From: Mobula hypostoma
Lineage: Eukaryota
DNA: 64,000 nucleotides
NCBI RefSeq assembly: GCF_963921235.1
Contig: NC_086108.1
Location: forward strand, 42,906,001 to 42,970,000
Direction of reading: 5' to 3'
Numbering within the stretch: position 1 is the first letter of the stretch; every line of letters begins with the position of its first letter. Positions 48,755 through 61,384 of this stretch are shown one piece after another. A model generated the notes under the pieces. That model was given only the letters and a program-made list of their open reading frames with translations, was not told the DNA's origin and ran no database searches. The position numbers and the translations under genes were made by a program.

Positions 48755-51700
48755 ATAGGAAAAATTCTAGCATGGATAAAGCAGTGGCTGATTGGCAAGA
48801 GGCAAAGAGTGGGAATAAAGGGAGCCTTTACTGGTGGGCTGCTGGTGACTAGTGGTCTTCTACAGGGATCTGTGTTGGGACCGATTCGTTTTACGTTATA
48901 TGTCAATGATTTGGATGATGGAACAGATGGCTTTGTTGGAAAGTTTGTAGATGATTTGAAGATAGTTGGAGGGGCAGATAGTTTTGTGGAAATAGGGTGG
49001 TTACAGAAGGACTTAGATTAGGAGAATGGGCGAAGAAGTGGCAGATGGGATACAGTGCCAGAAAGTATATGGTGATGCACTTTGATAGAAGAAATGAAAG
49101 GGTTGACTATTTTCTAAATGGAGAGAAGATACAAGAATCTGAGCTGCTAAGGGACTTGGGAGTCCTTGTGCAGGATTCCTGACAGGTTAATTTGCTGGTT
49201 TAGGCTGTGGTGAGGAATGCAAATGCAATGTTACCTTTCATTTCAAGAGGACTAGAATATAAAAGCAAGGATGTAACGTTGAAACTTTATAAAGCATTGG
49301 TTAAGCCTTGGTTGGAGTATTTTGAATAGTTTTGAGTCCTTGTTTTAGAAAGGATACTTTATACCAAGCAATTGATATTAGAATGTACAATCATCACAGC
49401 GATATTTGATTCTGCGCTTCACACTCCCTGGATTACAAATCAATAGTAAATATTAAAAATTTAAATTATAAATCTTAAGTAGAAAATAGAAAAATGGAAA
49501 GTAAGGTAGTGCAAAAAAACCGAGAGGCAAGTTCGGATATTTGGAGGGTACGACCCAGATCCGGGTCAGGATCCGTTCAGGAGTCTTATCACAGTTGGAA
49601 AGAAGCTGTTCCCAAATCTGGCCGTACGAGTCTTCAGGCTCCTGACCCTTCTCCTGGAGGGAAGAGGGATGAAAAGTGTGTTGGCTGGGGGGCGGGGGGT
49701 CGTGTCCTTGATTATCCTGGCGGTGTAAACTGAGTCCAAGGACGGAAGATTGATTTGTGTGATGTGCTGCACCGTGTTCATGATCTTCTGCAGCTTCTTC
49801 CGGTCTTTGACAGGACAACTTCCATACCAGGTTGTGATGCACCCTAGAAGAATGCTTTCTACAGTGCATCTATAAAAATTAGTGAGGGTTTTAGGGGACA
49901 GGCCAAATTTCTTTAGTTTTCTCAGGAAGTAAAGGCACTGGTGGGCCTTCTTGGCAGTGGACTCTGCTTGGTTGGACCAAGTCAGGTCATTTGTGATATT
50001 GACCCCGAGGAACTTAAAGCTTTTGACCTGTTCCACTTGCGCACCACCGATGTAAATTGGGTCATGCAGTCCGCTATTCCTTCTGAAGTCAACAACCAAT
50101 TCCTTCGTCTTGCTGACGTTGAGGGATACCTTATTTTCTATGCACCATGTCACCAGGTTCTTAATTTCCTCTCTGTACTCAAACTCATCATTACCCGAGA
50201 TACGGCCTACAATTGCTGTGTCGTCAGCAAACTTATATATTGAGTTTGATGGAAACTTGGCTACACAATCATGGGTGTACAGTGAGTACAGCAGGGGGCT
50301 GAGTACACAGCCTTGTGGGGCACCAGTGCTCAGAGTGATTGTAGAGGAGAGCTTATCCCCTATTTTTACAGCCTGGGTCCTGTCTGTGAGGAAGTTGAAG
50401 ATCCAGCTGCAGATCTGAGTGCTAAGGCCCAGGTTCCGGAGCTTAGGATTCAGTTTATTTGAAATGATGGTATTAGAGGCAGAGCTGTAGTCAATGAAAA
50501 GGAGCTTTACGTATGTGTCTTTATTCTCCAGGTGTTCTAAGGAGGAATGTAGGGCCAGAGAGATGGCATCTGCCATTGACCTGTTGCTCCGGTAGGCGAA
50601 TTGCAAAGCGTCGAGGTTGACTGGTAGGCTGTGGTTGATGTGTGCCATAACCAATCGCTCAAAGCACTTCACAGAAATTGATGTCAGAGCCACAGGTCGA
50701 TAGTCATTCAGGCGTGCCACCTTGCCTTCTTCGGCACTGGGATTATCGTTGCCTTTTTAAAACGAGGGGATCTAAGACTGAAGCAAGGAGCAGTTGAAGA
50801 TGTCAGCAGACACTCCAGCTAGCTCGCTTGCACAGGCCCAGAGAACCCGTCCCGAGACGCCATCTGGGCCTGTCGCCTTCCTTGGATTTACCTTCAGGAA
50901 GGCCCTTCTGATGTCCTCCTCGGTCATGATGAATCTCGATGCCACCATGTCCGGTTCATCTGGAGGGAGCAGGACGCTCCTCTTCTGTTCGAATCTTGCG
51001 TAGAATACGTTAAGTTCGTCAGGAAGAGAAACGCCGCAGCTGTTGATATTCCCAGCCTTTTCTTTGCGCCCAGTGATCTCATTTAGACCCTGCCATAGTC
51101 TACTGGCATCCCCCTGGTTAGCCTGGGCTTCCAACTCAGCTCGATATTGCCTCTTGGCGCCCTTAATGGCTTTCCGGAGTTCACGCCTGGATTCCGTGTA
51201 GCGACTGGTATCCCCGGACCTGAAAGCCTCAGCTCTAGCCTTTAAAAGGGACTTGACCTCATAATTCATCCAAGGTTTCCAGTTAGGGAATACCCGGATC
51301 CCTAAGGATGTGCTGAAACTGGAGAGGGTTCAAAGGAAGTTCGCAAAAATGGTTCCAGGATTGAATAGCTTGTCATAGAAGGGCTTTTGATAGTTCTAGG
51401 CCTGAATTCACTAGAATTCTGCAGAATGAGGGGTGACCGCATTGAAATTTAACGAATGGTGAAAAGCCTTGATAGAGTGGATGTGGAGAAGATTTTTTTC
51501 CTGTGGTGGGAGAGTCTAGGATCAGAGGACAGCCTCAGAATAGAGGGGCATCCTTTTAGAATGGAGATGAGGAGGCATTTCTTTAGTCAGAGAGTAGTGA
51601 CTCTGTGGAATTCTTTGCCACAGGCATCTGTGAAGACCAAGTATTTATGTATATATAAGGCAGAGGTTGATTGATTCTTGATTGGCCAGGGCATGAAGGG

Positions 51701-51820
51701 ATATGGGGAGAAGGCAGGAGATTGGGGCTGAGAGGAAAATTGAATCGGCTGTGATGAAATGGCAGAGCGAACTCAATGGGCCAAATGGCCTAATCCTGTA
51801 CCTATATCTTATGGTCTTAA
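48755..51820 (+). mobile_element. CR1 LINE 3' half, split by a Rex1-like insertion
   Basis: RT motifs (SGLLQGSVLGP, GKFVDDLK) up to 49355; resumes at 51310 with VLKLERVQR; cctatatcttatggtctta tail. Confidence 0.88.
49356..51303 (-). mobile_element. Young Rex1/Babar-like LINE, 5'-truncated
   Basis: Open 384-aa RT ORF 49566..50720 ([43 protein letters not shown]) plus upstream ORF 50772..51269; TSD AAGGAT at 49350-49355 / 51304-51309. Confidence 0.92.
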
Positions 51821-51989
51821 GACAGCCAGATTGAAGTAAAAGATCAAGTTTCAGTGCAGGGCAGGGAAATCTTAGTACAGGTCATCATGTACAGTTAGCA
51901 GAGATATCCATAAACTCTCCTTTTAGCCATAAGTTTGAAAATGCATAAACATCACTGTGGTAACCCCATGCTTCCATATTATTGTAATA

Positions 51990-52530
51990 AATTACACCAA
52001 AAGCACAAGTCTGATTAAAGAAGTCCTCTCCAGTTTTAATAGATGTACCACAGAAAGCATCCTATCCAGATGTTTTTCAGCTTGGTACGGCAACTGCTCT
52101 GCCCATGATCGCAAGAAACCACAAATTTGTTGACACAGCTCAGCTCAACACCCGATGAAAGCCAGCATCTTCTGCATGGACTCTGCTAATACTTGATGCT
52201 GCTTCAGTAAAGTGGCCAATCTAATCAAAAAAAGCGCACACCCTCCCTGAGCGCAGAAGATACAAAAGCCTGAACGCACGTATTATAGGGCTCAAGCCCA
52301 GCTTCTACCTTGTTGTACAGTAAGGTAGACCCTTGACCATGCTATCTACCTCTTCATGGCCTTGCACCTCATTGCCTGCCTGCAGTGCACTTTCTCTGTA
52401 ACTGCAATACTTTGTTCTGCACTCTGGTATTGTTTTTCCCCTTGTACTATCTTGATGTAGTGATATAATGAAATTCTGTATGGATGGCATGCAAAAGTTT
52501 TTCACTGTATGTTGATACAAGTGGCAATAA
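51990..52530 (+). mobile_element. Rex1-like LINE 3' fragment
   Basis: RCTTESILS...WYGNC matches the C-terminus of the 49566 RT ORF. Confidence 0.7.
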
Positions 52531-53650
52531 TAGACCTAGTCATTCATCTATTTATTACTGAAAATGGAGAGAAAGGCCTACTCAAGACAATGAACACATC
52601 AGACCTTTGATTTGCTATTGTGTGAACTTGTTGGCATGCAGGGGTGCCCATAGTTTGGCCATTCTTAGTCTAGCTTGTAGTGGATGTCAGGTATTCTGTT
52701 ACAAAGTGATGGGGAGGGGTATTTTGGCGGCTCATATAAAGAATGGTATATTTGTACTGAATCCAATTATCAGCCAAGATTTTGTGCTCTGATTTCTGTA
52801 CTTCATTTTTAATCCCACATTTATTTCATTTGCAAGTCCCACCAGTAAGCCATGGTTGATATTCTTATAAAGAGCTTTTTTTTTGTTCTTTATGTTTCCT
52901 GCTTTGTTTACAGGGCCCATACAAGGCACTTGTCACCAGAACTTGTGATCAAAATACCATACTTGTGCTGATTTGTCTCAGCATCTTAACAAATAAGTGA
53001 CATAAAATTATTACTGGAAATGCATTTATGTGGAAGAGGAAAACAGTTAATATTTCAGGTCAATGAAATTTTATTTGAACTGCAACATAATCTCCCCTTC
53101 TATTATGCAGAAGCTTGATTGTCATAGATACATCAGGTATTGGCTCGTGCATGTCTCTAACATTGGTATAGACTTTCACAACTGTAATCTCCATTGTTCC
53201 TGTTAACTCTTAATGTTTTAGCTGAACTAAGTATGTGTTTGAGATGGAGAGCTGCACTACCTTGCAAGGGATTGAAAAGGCCATAGGCCAATGTAAGAAC
53301 AAGTAATATGGAGCAAACTGTATCCCATCAAAGTTCCAAAATCTGGCAGTTGGGAACCTCTGTCATGAATTTACATTCAAATCTCCCCATGCGGAGTGGG
53401 AAAACATGCCAATAGGCCTCAGCAGACATAATAATTGTGACCATCTGTAAGAACATAAACTACCCTCAGGTCTCCATGTTGCATGTGATAGCAAATTAAA
53501 CAAAAGCATCCTCTTCAGCTGCTTTCTCACAGTGCCCAAAGAGCTGCTTGTCAAATTGTAGTCTGAATTTTGTATCTAGTTACAATAGAAATGATCTTTG
53601 CAGCAGATGAATGCTGAGAAAAATGTAGCTTGCACCATTAACTGCTTATG

Positions 53651-54181
53651 TACACTTAGAGGTCACTTTATTAAGTACATCTGCTCATTAATGCAAATAA
53701 CTAATAGGCCAAACGTGTGGCAGCAACTTGATGCATCTAAAGCATGCTGGCATGGTCAAGAGATCCTATTGTTCAAACCAAACATCACATTGGGGAAGAA
53801 AGTGACTTTGACTGTGAAATGATTGTTCATATCAGACATGGTAGTTTGAGTATCTTAGAAACTGCTGATCTCTGGGAAATTCTCACACAATGGTCACTAG
53901 AGCTTACAGAGAATGGTGCAAAAAAAACAAAATGCATCCAGTCAGTGGCAATCCTGTGGGTGAAAATCTCTGCTAGTGAGAGAGGAGCATCAGAGGTGAA
54001 TGGCCAGACTGGTTCAAGCTGACAGGAAGGTGCCTGTAACTAAAAAAAATGGTTTTAAAATAGAGTGCAGAAGAGTATCTCTGATTGCACAACATGTCAA
54101 ACCTTGAAGTGGATTGATTACAGCAGCAGAAGCCTGCTCTGGGTTTCACTCCTGGATGTAATAAAGTGGACACTGAGTGTA
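53651..54181 (+). mobile_element. Tc1/mariner non-autonomous element
   Basis: TA-flanked TIRs TACACTTAGAGGTCACTTTATT / AATAAAGTGGACACTGAGTGTA (18/22 match); internal SDFDCEMIVHIRHGSLSILETADL resembles the Tc1 transposase N-terminal HTH. Confidence 0.85.
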
Positions 54182-56199
54182 TGTATTTTCTTTATTTTGT
54201 TTAAACTCCCAAAAGATTGTCTGTCAATTGATAAAGACTAGAGTCAAATCTGACAAGGATAATGTGTGCAAAAATTTGTGTCTATCTGAAGTCTGCTATG
54301 TGGTGGGATCCAAGCCCCTATTCTACCCAATGGTTTTACATCAAACTTGATATCAATGCAGAATGATGTTAAGCAAGGTTAATTGCTTAATGCTTTTCAG
54401 TTTACTGCACAATTGCACCTCACATCTAGCAAACTTTGTACTGGAGTGAATTAATCCAGAGCACAAACTGCTCTGCTTCCATCCCAGAATCAGTCATTTT
54501 GATTTCTGTCACTGATCTGCAATATGGAGAAGAACTGTATGGGTACACCAGTTTGGTGATGTGATGGTCTATGCATTGAAGTGTATGAAAGACTGTCTTG
54601 CCTTACAAAAAGAGTCCCATACCATTTGACCCTCTCACCTCTGACCTCTTTCATACACCCGCCACAATCAAGGCTGATTTTTAATGATGGAATTTGTTAT
54701 TTCTTTTGGTATAGGGGTAAAGTCTTTGGCTGTCTCAAACTCCTCATCAAGGTCATAGTCTACCAGGCAGTGGTGGCCTCTATATACTGCTGAGATATTC
54801 AAACCTGGGGAGTTTACAACAGTTTTCTCCCCATCAGCTGTCAGAATAAACAACCACTATATAACAATAATAATAAAAGCAGAAAATACTAGAAACACTC
54901 AGCAGCCCAGGCTGTAGCTGTGGCTTGATTTGCTTGTATTTCCAGCAGATGCAGTTTTTTTTAATGTGCAGAGTAATAAAATAGTCAGCTCTGATGGGTA
55001 GACCCTGTCGTTCGCAGGCTGACATCAAAGGTTCTCAAAACCAAATCACTACCCAAATCTCTTTCACAGCAAGAGATTAATTGCCAGTATATGGGGGTGG
55101 GGGAAATGTCTACATCCAATTCTTTGTTTTGTTACTTAAGCCCATCACCCTTATTACAGTATGGGCTGCCAGCAATAGCTTGCCAAAACCCCCTGCCCTG
55201 GCCAGTCTTCCCCTAAGTTTTTTCCACGTTTCAATAGGTACATTTAATGTCAGAGAAATGTATACAATATACATCCTGAAATTCTTTTTCTTCGCAAACA
55301 TCCACAAATAGAGGAGTGCCCCAAAGATTGAATGACAAATGTTGGAACCCCAAATCACAACCCCCCCAGCTTTCCCGCTGCATGCACAAGCAGCAGCAAA
55401 GCAATGCCCCCCTCCCACCGAGCACTCAAGCATGCAGCATAACATCAATAAAGACACAAACTTGCAGTTAATACTCGTTCACCCAGTAATTCGACATACC
55501 ACAGGCTCTCTCTCTCTCCCTAATAAAGGAAAAAGAGGTGTCCCCATTTCACAGCGAGAGGGGAGACATTACAAACAACTCACTGATTTATGATGTTAAA
55601 AGTCTGTTGCATGGCTTTTTCCAAGCTCTGCACCCAGAGAGTCCGCCCCAAAAAGGCTCGGATCTCTGGACACAGAGCCTACAGCAGCTAACCCGCCGCT
55701 GCTCCTGATGTGCCATGTTCTCCCACAACATATCTGTCAGGGGCACCAGCCTTGAATCAGCCCGTCTCCAGAGCCACCAAAATCCGGCACCCTGAAGGTG
55801 CACTAGTCTTCCGGCCACGTCCTTGGTGTAGCCCATCTTGGTGTATCCTCCTCCTCCTAGGGATGAGATCTTCAGACTTGCAGTTGGCATTTCTATAGCA
55901 CTTTCTATGGAATGGGGTTGCTAGTACCTGGCCCAATCCTCCTTTCACAGCCAGGCTTGGGACCATTCATGGTGGAGGAGCCTCTCAATCGAGGTGATTT
56001 TTAAAGATAAAATTTCTGAGAAATTGTATAAGGGAGTTGCAAAATAATAGTCATAGTCATACTTTATTGATCCTGGAGGAAATTGGTTTTCGTTACAGTT
56101 GCACCATAAATAATTAAATAGTAATATGTGAATTATGCCAGGAAATAAGTCCAGGACCAGCCTATTGGCTCAGGGTGTCTGACCCTCCAAGGGAGGAGA

Positions 56200-58450
56200 A
56201 ATAAGAACTGGATTGTTAGCTTGTTTGGATTGTACTATACACCCCCACCCCCCCAAACGAGAAACAAAGGAGCTAATGTGCTGAAAATTGCATTGATACA
56301 GTTGTCATAGTAAGGGATTTTAACTTTCCTAACATGAACTGGGATTGCCATTGTGCTAAAGGACCTAGATAGGATGGAATCTCCCAATCAGGGAGAGGGA
56401 AAAGCTTGACCTAGTCTTGGGAAATCTGGTAAGACATGTGACTAAAATATTAATGAGGAAACCACCAATCATAATTCTATCAGCATTCAATTAGTTATGG
56501 GAAGGGATAGATCTGGTCCACAAGTTAAAGTTCTAAACTGGAGCCAAGTAAATCTTGAGAGTATTAGACAGAAACTTGCAAAAAGTTGATTGGATTAGTT
56601 TGTTGCAGGAAAATGGATGTATGGCAAGTGATAAAGTTTTTAAAAGTGAAATTTGAAGGCTTCAAGATCTGCATGATCCTGTTTGAATGAGGGGCAAGGT
56701 TGGCAACCCAAGATGATGAGGGATATTGTTTTTGTCAGGATAAAGAATTAGGCATAGGTCAAGCACAGGGAGATGGTATCAAGTGAATCCTTGGAGTAGT
56801 ATGGGAGATGCAGAATTAAGCAGAAGGATATCTGAAGGTAAAAAGGAGGCATGAGATAGCTTTGGGAGAGAAGATTGTGGAGATATTATTTATATAAAAC
56901 TGTAAAAAAAAAAATTAACTATAGAGGGAATAGAGCTCTAACAAAGATATCTTTGCATGGAGCTGCAAGAGATGGCTTAGGTCCTTGAGTAGTATTTCTC
57001 CTGTGCTTTTACCATGCAGAAAGACCTGAAGACTTTGGTTAGTTCTTGAGTTAGTTAAATGGGGGTGTCTTGGGGTAGTTTGCAGTGTAACAGAAGAGCT
57101 GCTGGACATCTTAAAGCATCTGGCGATAGATCATTCTCAAGGGACTGATCAAGTATATCCAAGAACACTGGAAATTGGAGAAGAAATTGTCAATGGTGAT
57201 GGATGAAGTGTTGGAAGCCCAGAGGGTGGCTAATGTTGTGCCTTTAACAAGGGCAAGAAAAGCCTGGGAACTATAGACAGGTTAGCCTAATTTGTGATAG
57301 GTAAATTACTCACGAGAATTCTGGAGGATAAGATTCTACAAGCATTAGGAAAGATGAGGGGTAGTCAGTACAGTGTGGTGTATGGAAGGTGATTTCTCAT
57401 GAATGTGAGTTTTTTGAAGAAATAGCTGAAAAGGCTGATACAGGGCAGTGTGGTAGTTTTGGTCTATATTGGACTTCAGTAGGCCTGTAAGGTTCCAGAT
57501 GGTTTGCTTCTCTGGGATGTTAGATTGCACAGGATTTAGGGAGAGCTAGCTAACTGCACACAGAATTGACTTGATAGTACGAAGCAGAGGTGGAAAGTTG
57601 TTTTTTTGGCTGGAGGCCTTTGATTAGAGGTGTTCCCTGGGGGTTGATGTTACACCCATTGCTATCAATGATTTGGATGGCACTCAACAAGGTATGGTTA
57701 GTAAATTGGCAAATTACACTAAATAGTGGCATTGTTGTAGGAGTACAGGGAGATCGTGAATAACTGGGTAAATGGGCTAAGTAATGGCAAATAGTTTCAT
57801 TGGGGTAAATGCACAATATTCCATTTGGGGAGACAATTCAGGGTGGAATATTCATAGTGAACAGTAGGGCCACAGGGATTATTGTTGAACAGGGGGAACA
57901 AGGAGTATGAGTACATGGTAGCCTGCAAGTGATGTCACAGGTAGACAGGGTGGTGAAGAAGGGTTTGGCTCAATAGATCATTGAGTATAAACGTTGGGAT
58001 GTTATGTGCAGTTGTACAAGATGTTGGTAAGGCTGCATTTGGAATATTGTTCTTTTTTATTATCAGGGTAAAGTAACAATGCCACTAAGCTGGAAAGAGT
58101 GCAGAGGATATTTACGAGGATGTTGCTGAGAATTGAGGAAATGAGTTATGAAGACTTTGAGAGGATTGGGACTTTTTTCATTGGAGCATAGGAAAACAAG
58201 GGGTGATCTTACAGAAGTTGTGTAAAATCATGAGAGGCATAGCTAGGGTTGATGTGCACTGATTTCACCCCCCACCCGCCCCCATCCAGGTCTGTAGATT
58301 CAAGACCTAGAGGGCATAGGTTTAAGGTGAGAAGGAAGAGATTTAATAGGAATCTGAGAGACAAGTTTTTTTTTAAAACCATTGGTATATGGAATGAGCT
58401 GCCAGAGGAAGTGATTAAGGCAAGTAATTTTACATTTTTAAAAAGTACTT
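56200..58450 (+). mobile_element. Old CR1 LINE (endonuclease to 3' end), heavily decayed
   Basis: YYTPP and gggattttaactttcct (GDFNFP) endonuclease motifs, ggacttcagtaggcc RT motif, SRPRGHRFKVRRKRF C-terminus. Confidence 0.75.
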
Positions 58451-58929
58451 CGATGGTGCTATAATTTGTAACTCTAAAGCATAAAAAAAACACGAATTGA
58501 AAGGAAAACAAGGGAGCCGGAGGTTAACTGTGTACACTGGTTTTTACTTTAAGTGAGATGCATGTGAATGATGTATGCAATTCAATTATTTTTACATGTA
58601 ACCCATAATGAATATTTAAATGAACATGTATACTTAAACAATATATTTACAATATTACTCAAATACTATTGAAATATTAAATACACAACAGACAGGTGCA
58701 GGGATAGGAAAGTTTTTTTAAAAAAATTGTCCAAACGTGGACAAATGAGACCAGTCAAGATGAGAATCTTGGTCCACTAATCCCAGATATATGTCACCGA
58801 CTGACCATCCATGGCTTGTATCTCCTTAAAAATGAAGAATGAAGATGGGCACTGAGAACCTCCAGTAGCTTCAATAAACATGAACCCAGTTAAAAGGCGA
58901 GAAGGAACGCCCAGGGGGTAGGCGTGGAC

Positions 58930-59200
58930 TGAAGCAGCGAGAAGTATAAGCAGAAAGGGTGGGGGCTTGTTTCAACTGTGTCCACAATTCTCTACAGTTT
59001 CTTACTGTCAATGGCAGTGTTGGTGCCATATCAAGCCATAATGCATTCAAATAGGATGTTTTTCTACAGTCCATTCTTAAAAATTGATAAGGGTTGCTAC
59101 GGACATGCCACTATTTCTTTAGCCCCCTGAGGAAGTAAGACATTCGTGAGCTGGCTGTGGCATGTTTGTGGTTGATGATCCTAGGAACGTAAAGCTCTCA
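58930..59200 (-). mobile_element. Rex1-like LINE fragment
   Basis: Similar to 49780-49950 (gccatatcaagccataatgca.., ctgaggaagtaa). Confidence 0.55.
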
Positions 59201-59439
59201 ACCTCACCATCAGGTTTTCCATTGGCTGCACCAGGCACCCTGAACCCCACTGAAGTGGTGTGGAAGCAGGTTGGCCTTTACCCAACGGATAGCATAAGAC
59301 AATTTCATCTTTGACTACGTCTGACAGATATCCCGTACCCTTAAAAAGCTGCACGCCTTGGACTTGTTACGTTTCCCTAAAGTTGTTGTTTATTGTCCAC
59401 GGAAAAAAAAGATACCACATTAGTATTTTACTGAAGATC

Positions 59440-59830
59440 TGCACTGGCTGCAACTTGCTGGTTTGGACCGAGTTGGTTGTTCTGAAGGTGATGGGGGGTT
59501 CTCGCGAGAGTCGGGGCAAGTGTCACTGCAGGAGAACCGCGGCCATTACTGAGAGAGGGGCTTGCAGGTAAGTGGGCTGGGCTGGGCCGGGCCGGGACGG
59601 GGGGTAAGATTTCCGTAGATCCGCAGACATTGCCAGGGATGCTGCCAAGGGACACCGGGGTAATCTGTGGCCACAAATGGAAATTCTCATTGGGCGCTGT
59701 GAACTACAACCCCCATCGTACATTGCGGCAGAAGTGCCCTTCGTTGAGGCGGGTCTTTGCTTTGCGAACCGAGCGGAGGTGTGAGTTCAGCGGCCGGACC
59801 TCGTCTCCTTGCACGTAAAGTATGTGTTCA
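59440..59830 (+). promoter_or_regulatory. CpG-island promoter and first exon(s) of a divergent neighbouring gene
   Basis: Local CpG/GC enrichment; TCTCGCGAGA palindrome 59500-59509; consensus donor CAG|GTAAGT at 59568; ACTACA..CCCA (ZNF143/SBS-like) 59702-59727; second possible donor AAA|GTATGT at 59820. Confidence 0.65.
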
Positions 59831-61384
59831 CCGTCATCCCTGTCTGTCTCAGTTATGTTGACTGAACACGCAGATAGTTAACAGACTATTGCTGAGCCAA
59901 AAATATATTTGCATAATGTATTATCAGGGAAGCGGGTCCCACCGCTCAACCAGTCCACATTGAGGTGTCTGGTCTTTTCGAATTGTTTCAAGCCTATCTT
60001 TGTATCAGCGTAACCGTCTCTTTCCCGCGACAACTTAACTGCCTCTGTTAGTGAATTCTTCTGGACTCTGTCTCCTGATCACTTGTATTGGTGACCTCGA
60101 GTTATATGCTGTTCCTCGCAAGAGGAAATGTTCTCTACGTGCACTTCACCAAATCCTTCACAATTTTGACATCCTATGAGGTCATCCCTCAGCCTTTTCT
60201 CGAGAAAGAAAAAAACTTTATCTGTTCGTCTTATCCGGGCATGTATGTATGTATAGTTTTGGTTTAATTCTCGTAAACCTTTTCTCTAATCTCCGTCCAT
60301 ATCTCTTACATTCAAGTAACCTCTTTCATTTTCTCAAGAAATCACCAAGTAGTTTACAGTCAATGGTGAACTTTTTTGTGTCGTATTGGAAACTAGTCAG
60401 CCTCAGTTGTGCAATACAAGTATTAATAGAAAATAGAGCAATGATGTTTTGGTATTATCTGAGGGATAACTTGACTAAAACACCTGGGATAATCCCCTTC
60501 GCTCGTAGTTCCAATTAATCATTTGTTCCCATCTAAAATTGCAAATACGGACTTCATTTTAAATGTCTTCGCGGTGTATCATTCTCTCTGCAGCGGGCTA
60601 GAACTTCTCCACAGATTTTTGACATCTGATTTCTGGAGTTTGAACTTGTACTTTTTGGATTTGGGTATAGATGTGATGACGATCTGAGCCAGAGATTACA
60701 AAATAGATTTTGGCACAGTGAAGGTCAGATCATAACCTGAACTGAGCAGAAGCACGGGGAGAACAAAAAAAGAGGATGCAATGTGGAGTGGAAACAATAT
60801 AACAAGAGTGGATCAATAGTCAGATTATAACCTGTAGAATAAGAGTAATTAATGTGGTTCAGAAAATGTGATTTTCTTTGTTTGGGGTGTCTATTTTGAG
60901 AATGTGATGAAATTGACGAGTTAAGCAAGGACGTTATTAAGTAACGTTCCTTATCCTTTTTGAATATTACCTTGTATGTTTGCCATTTTTGCATATTAAA
61001 ACCTGACGTCAAATTGTGATGCAGTGAAGATCAAATGTAAAATCATAAGTAATATGCTGTCCAATTTTGTGCCTGATGAAAGGCCATTAACTTGGTGTCA
61101 TCTTGCATGTGCAGTTTTATCCAAGATAACTATTGTATCTATTACGCCTTGTTGTAATTGATGAGCAAGCCACCTTTAAAAGTTTTCGACAGAAAATTGT
61201 TGGGAACTTGCTTTCAATTACCACAGTGTGCCGCATCCATCTAATGGGATTCCTTGTTCATGTAACATTAAATTTTCAGATTGAGTGTGCTCGCCAGTGT
61301 GTCAATATAAGTCCTTTGACAATTGTTCTTTTTAATCAATTTTTTAAAAATTTGTATTTGCATAATGCAAGTTTAAGCTGTTTG

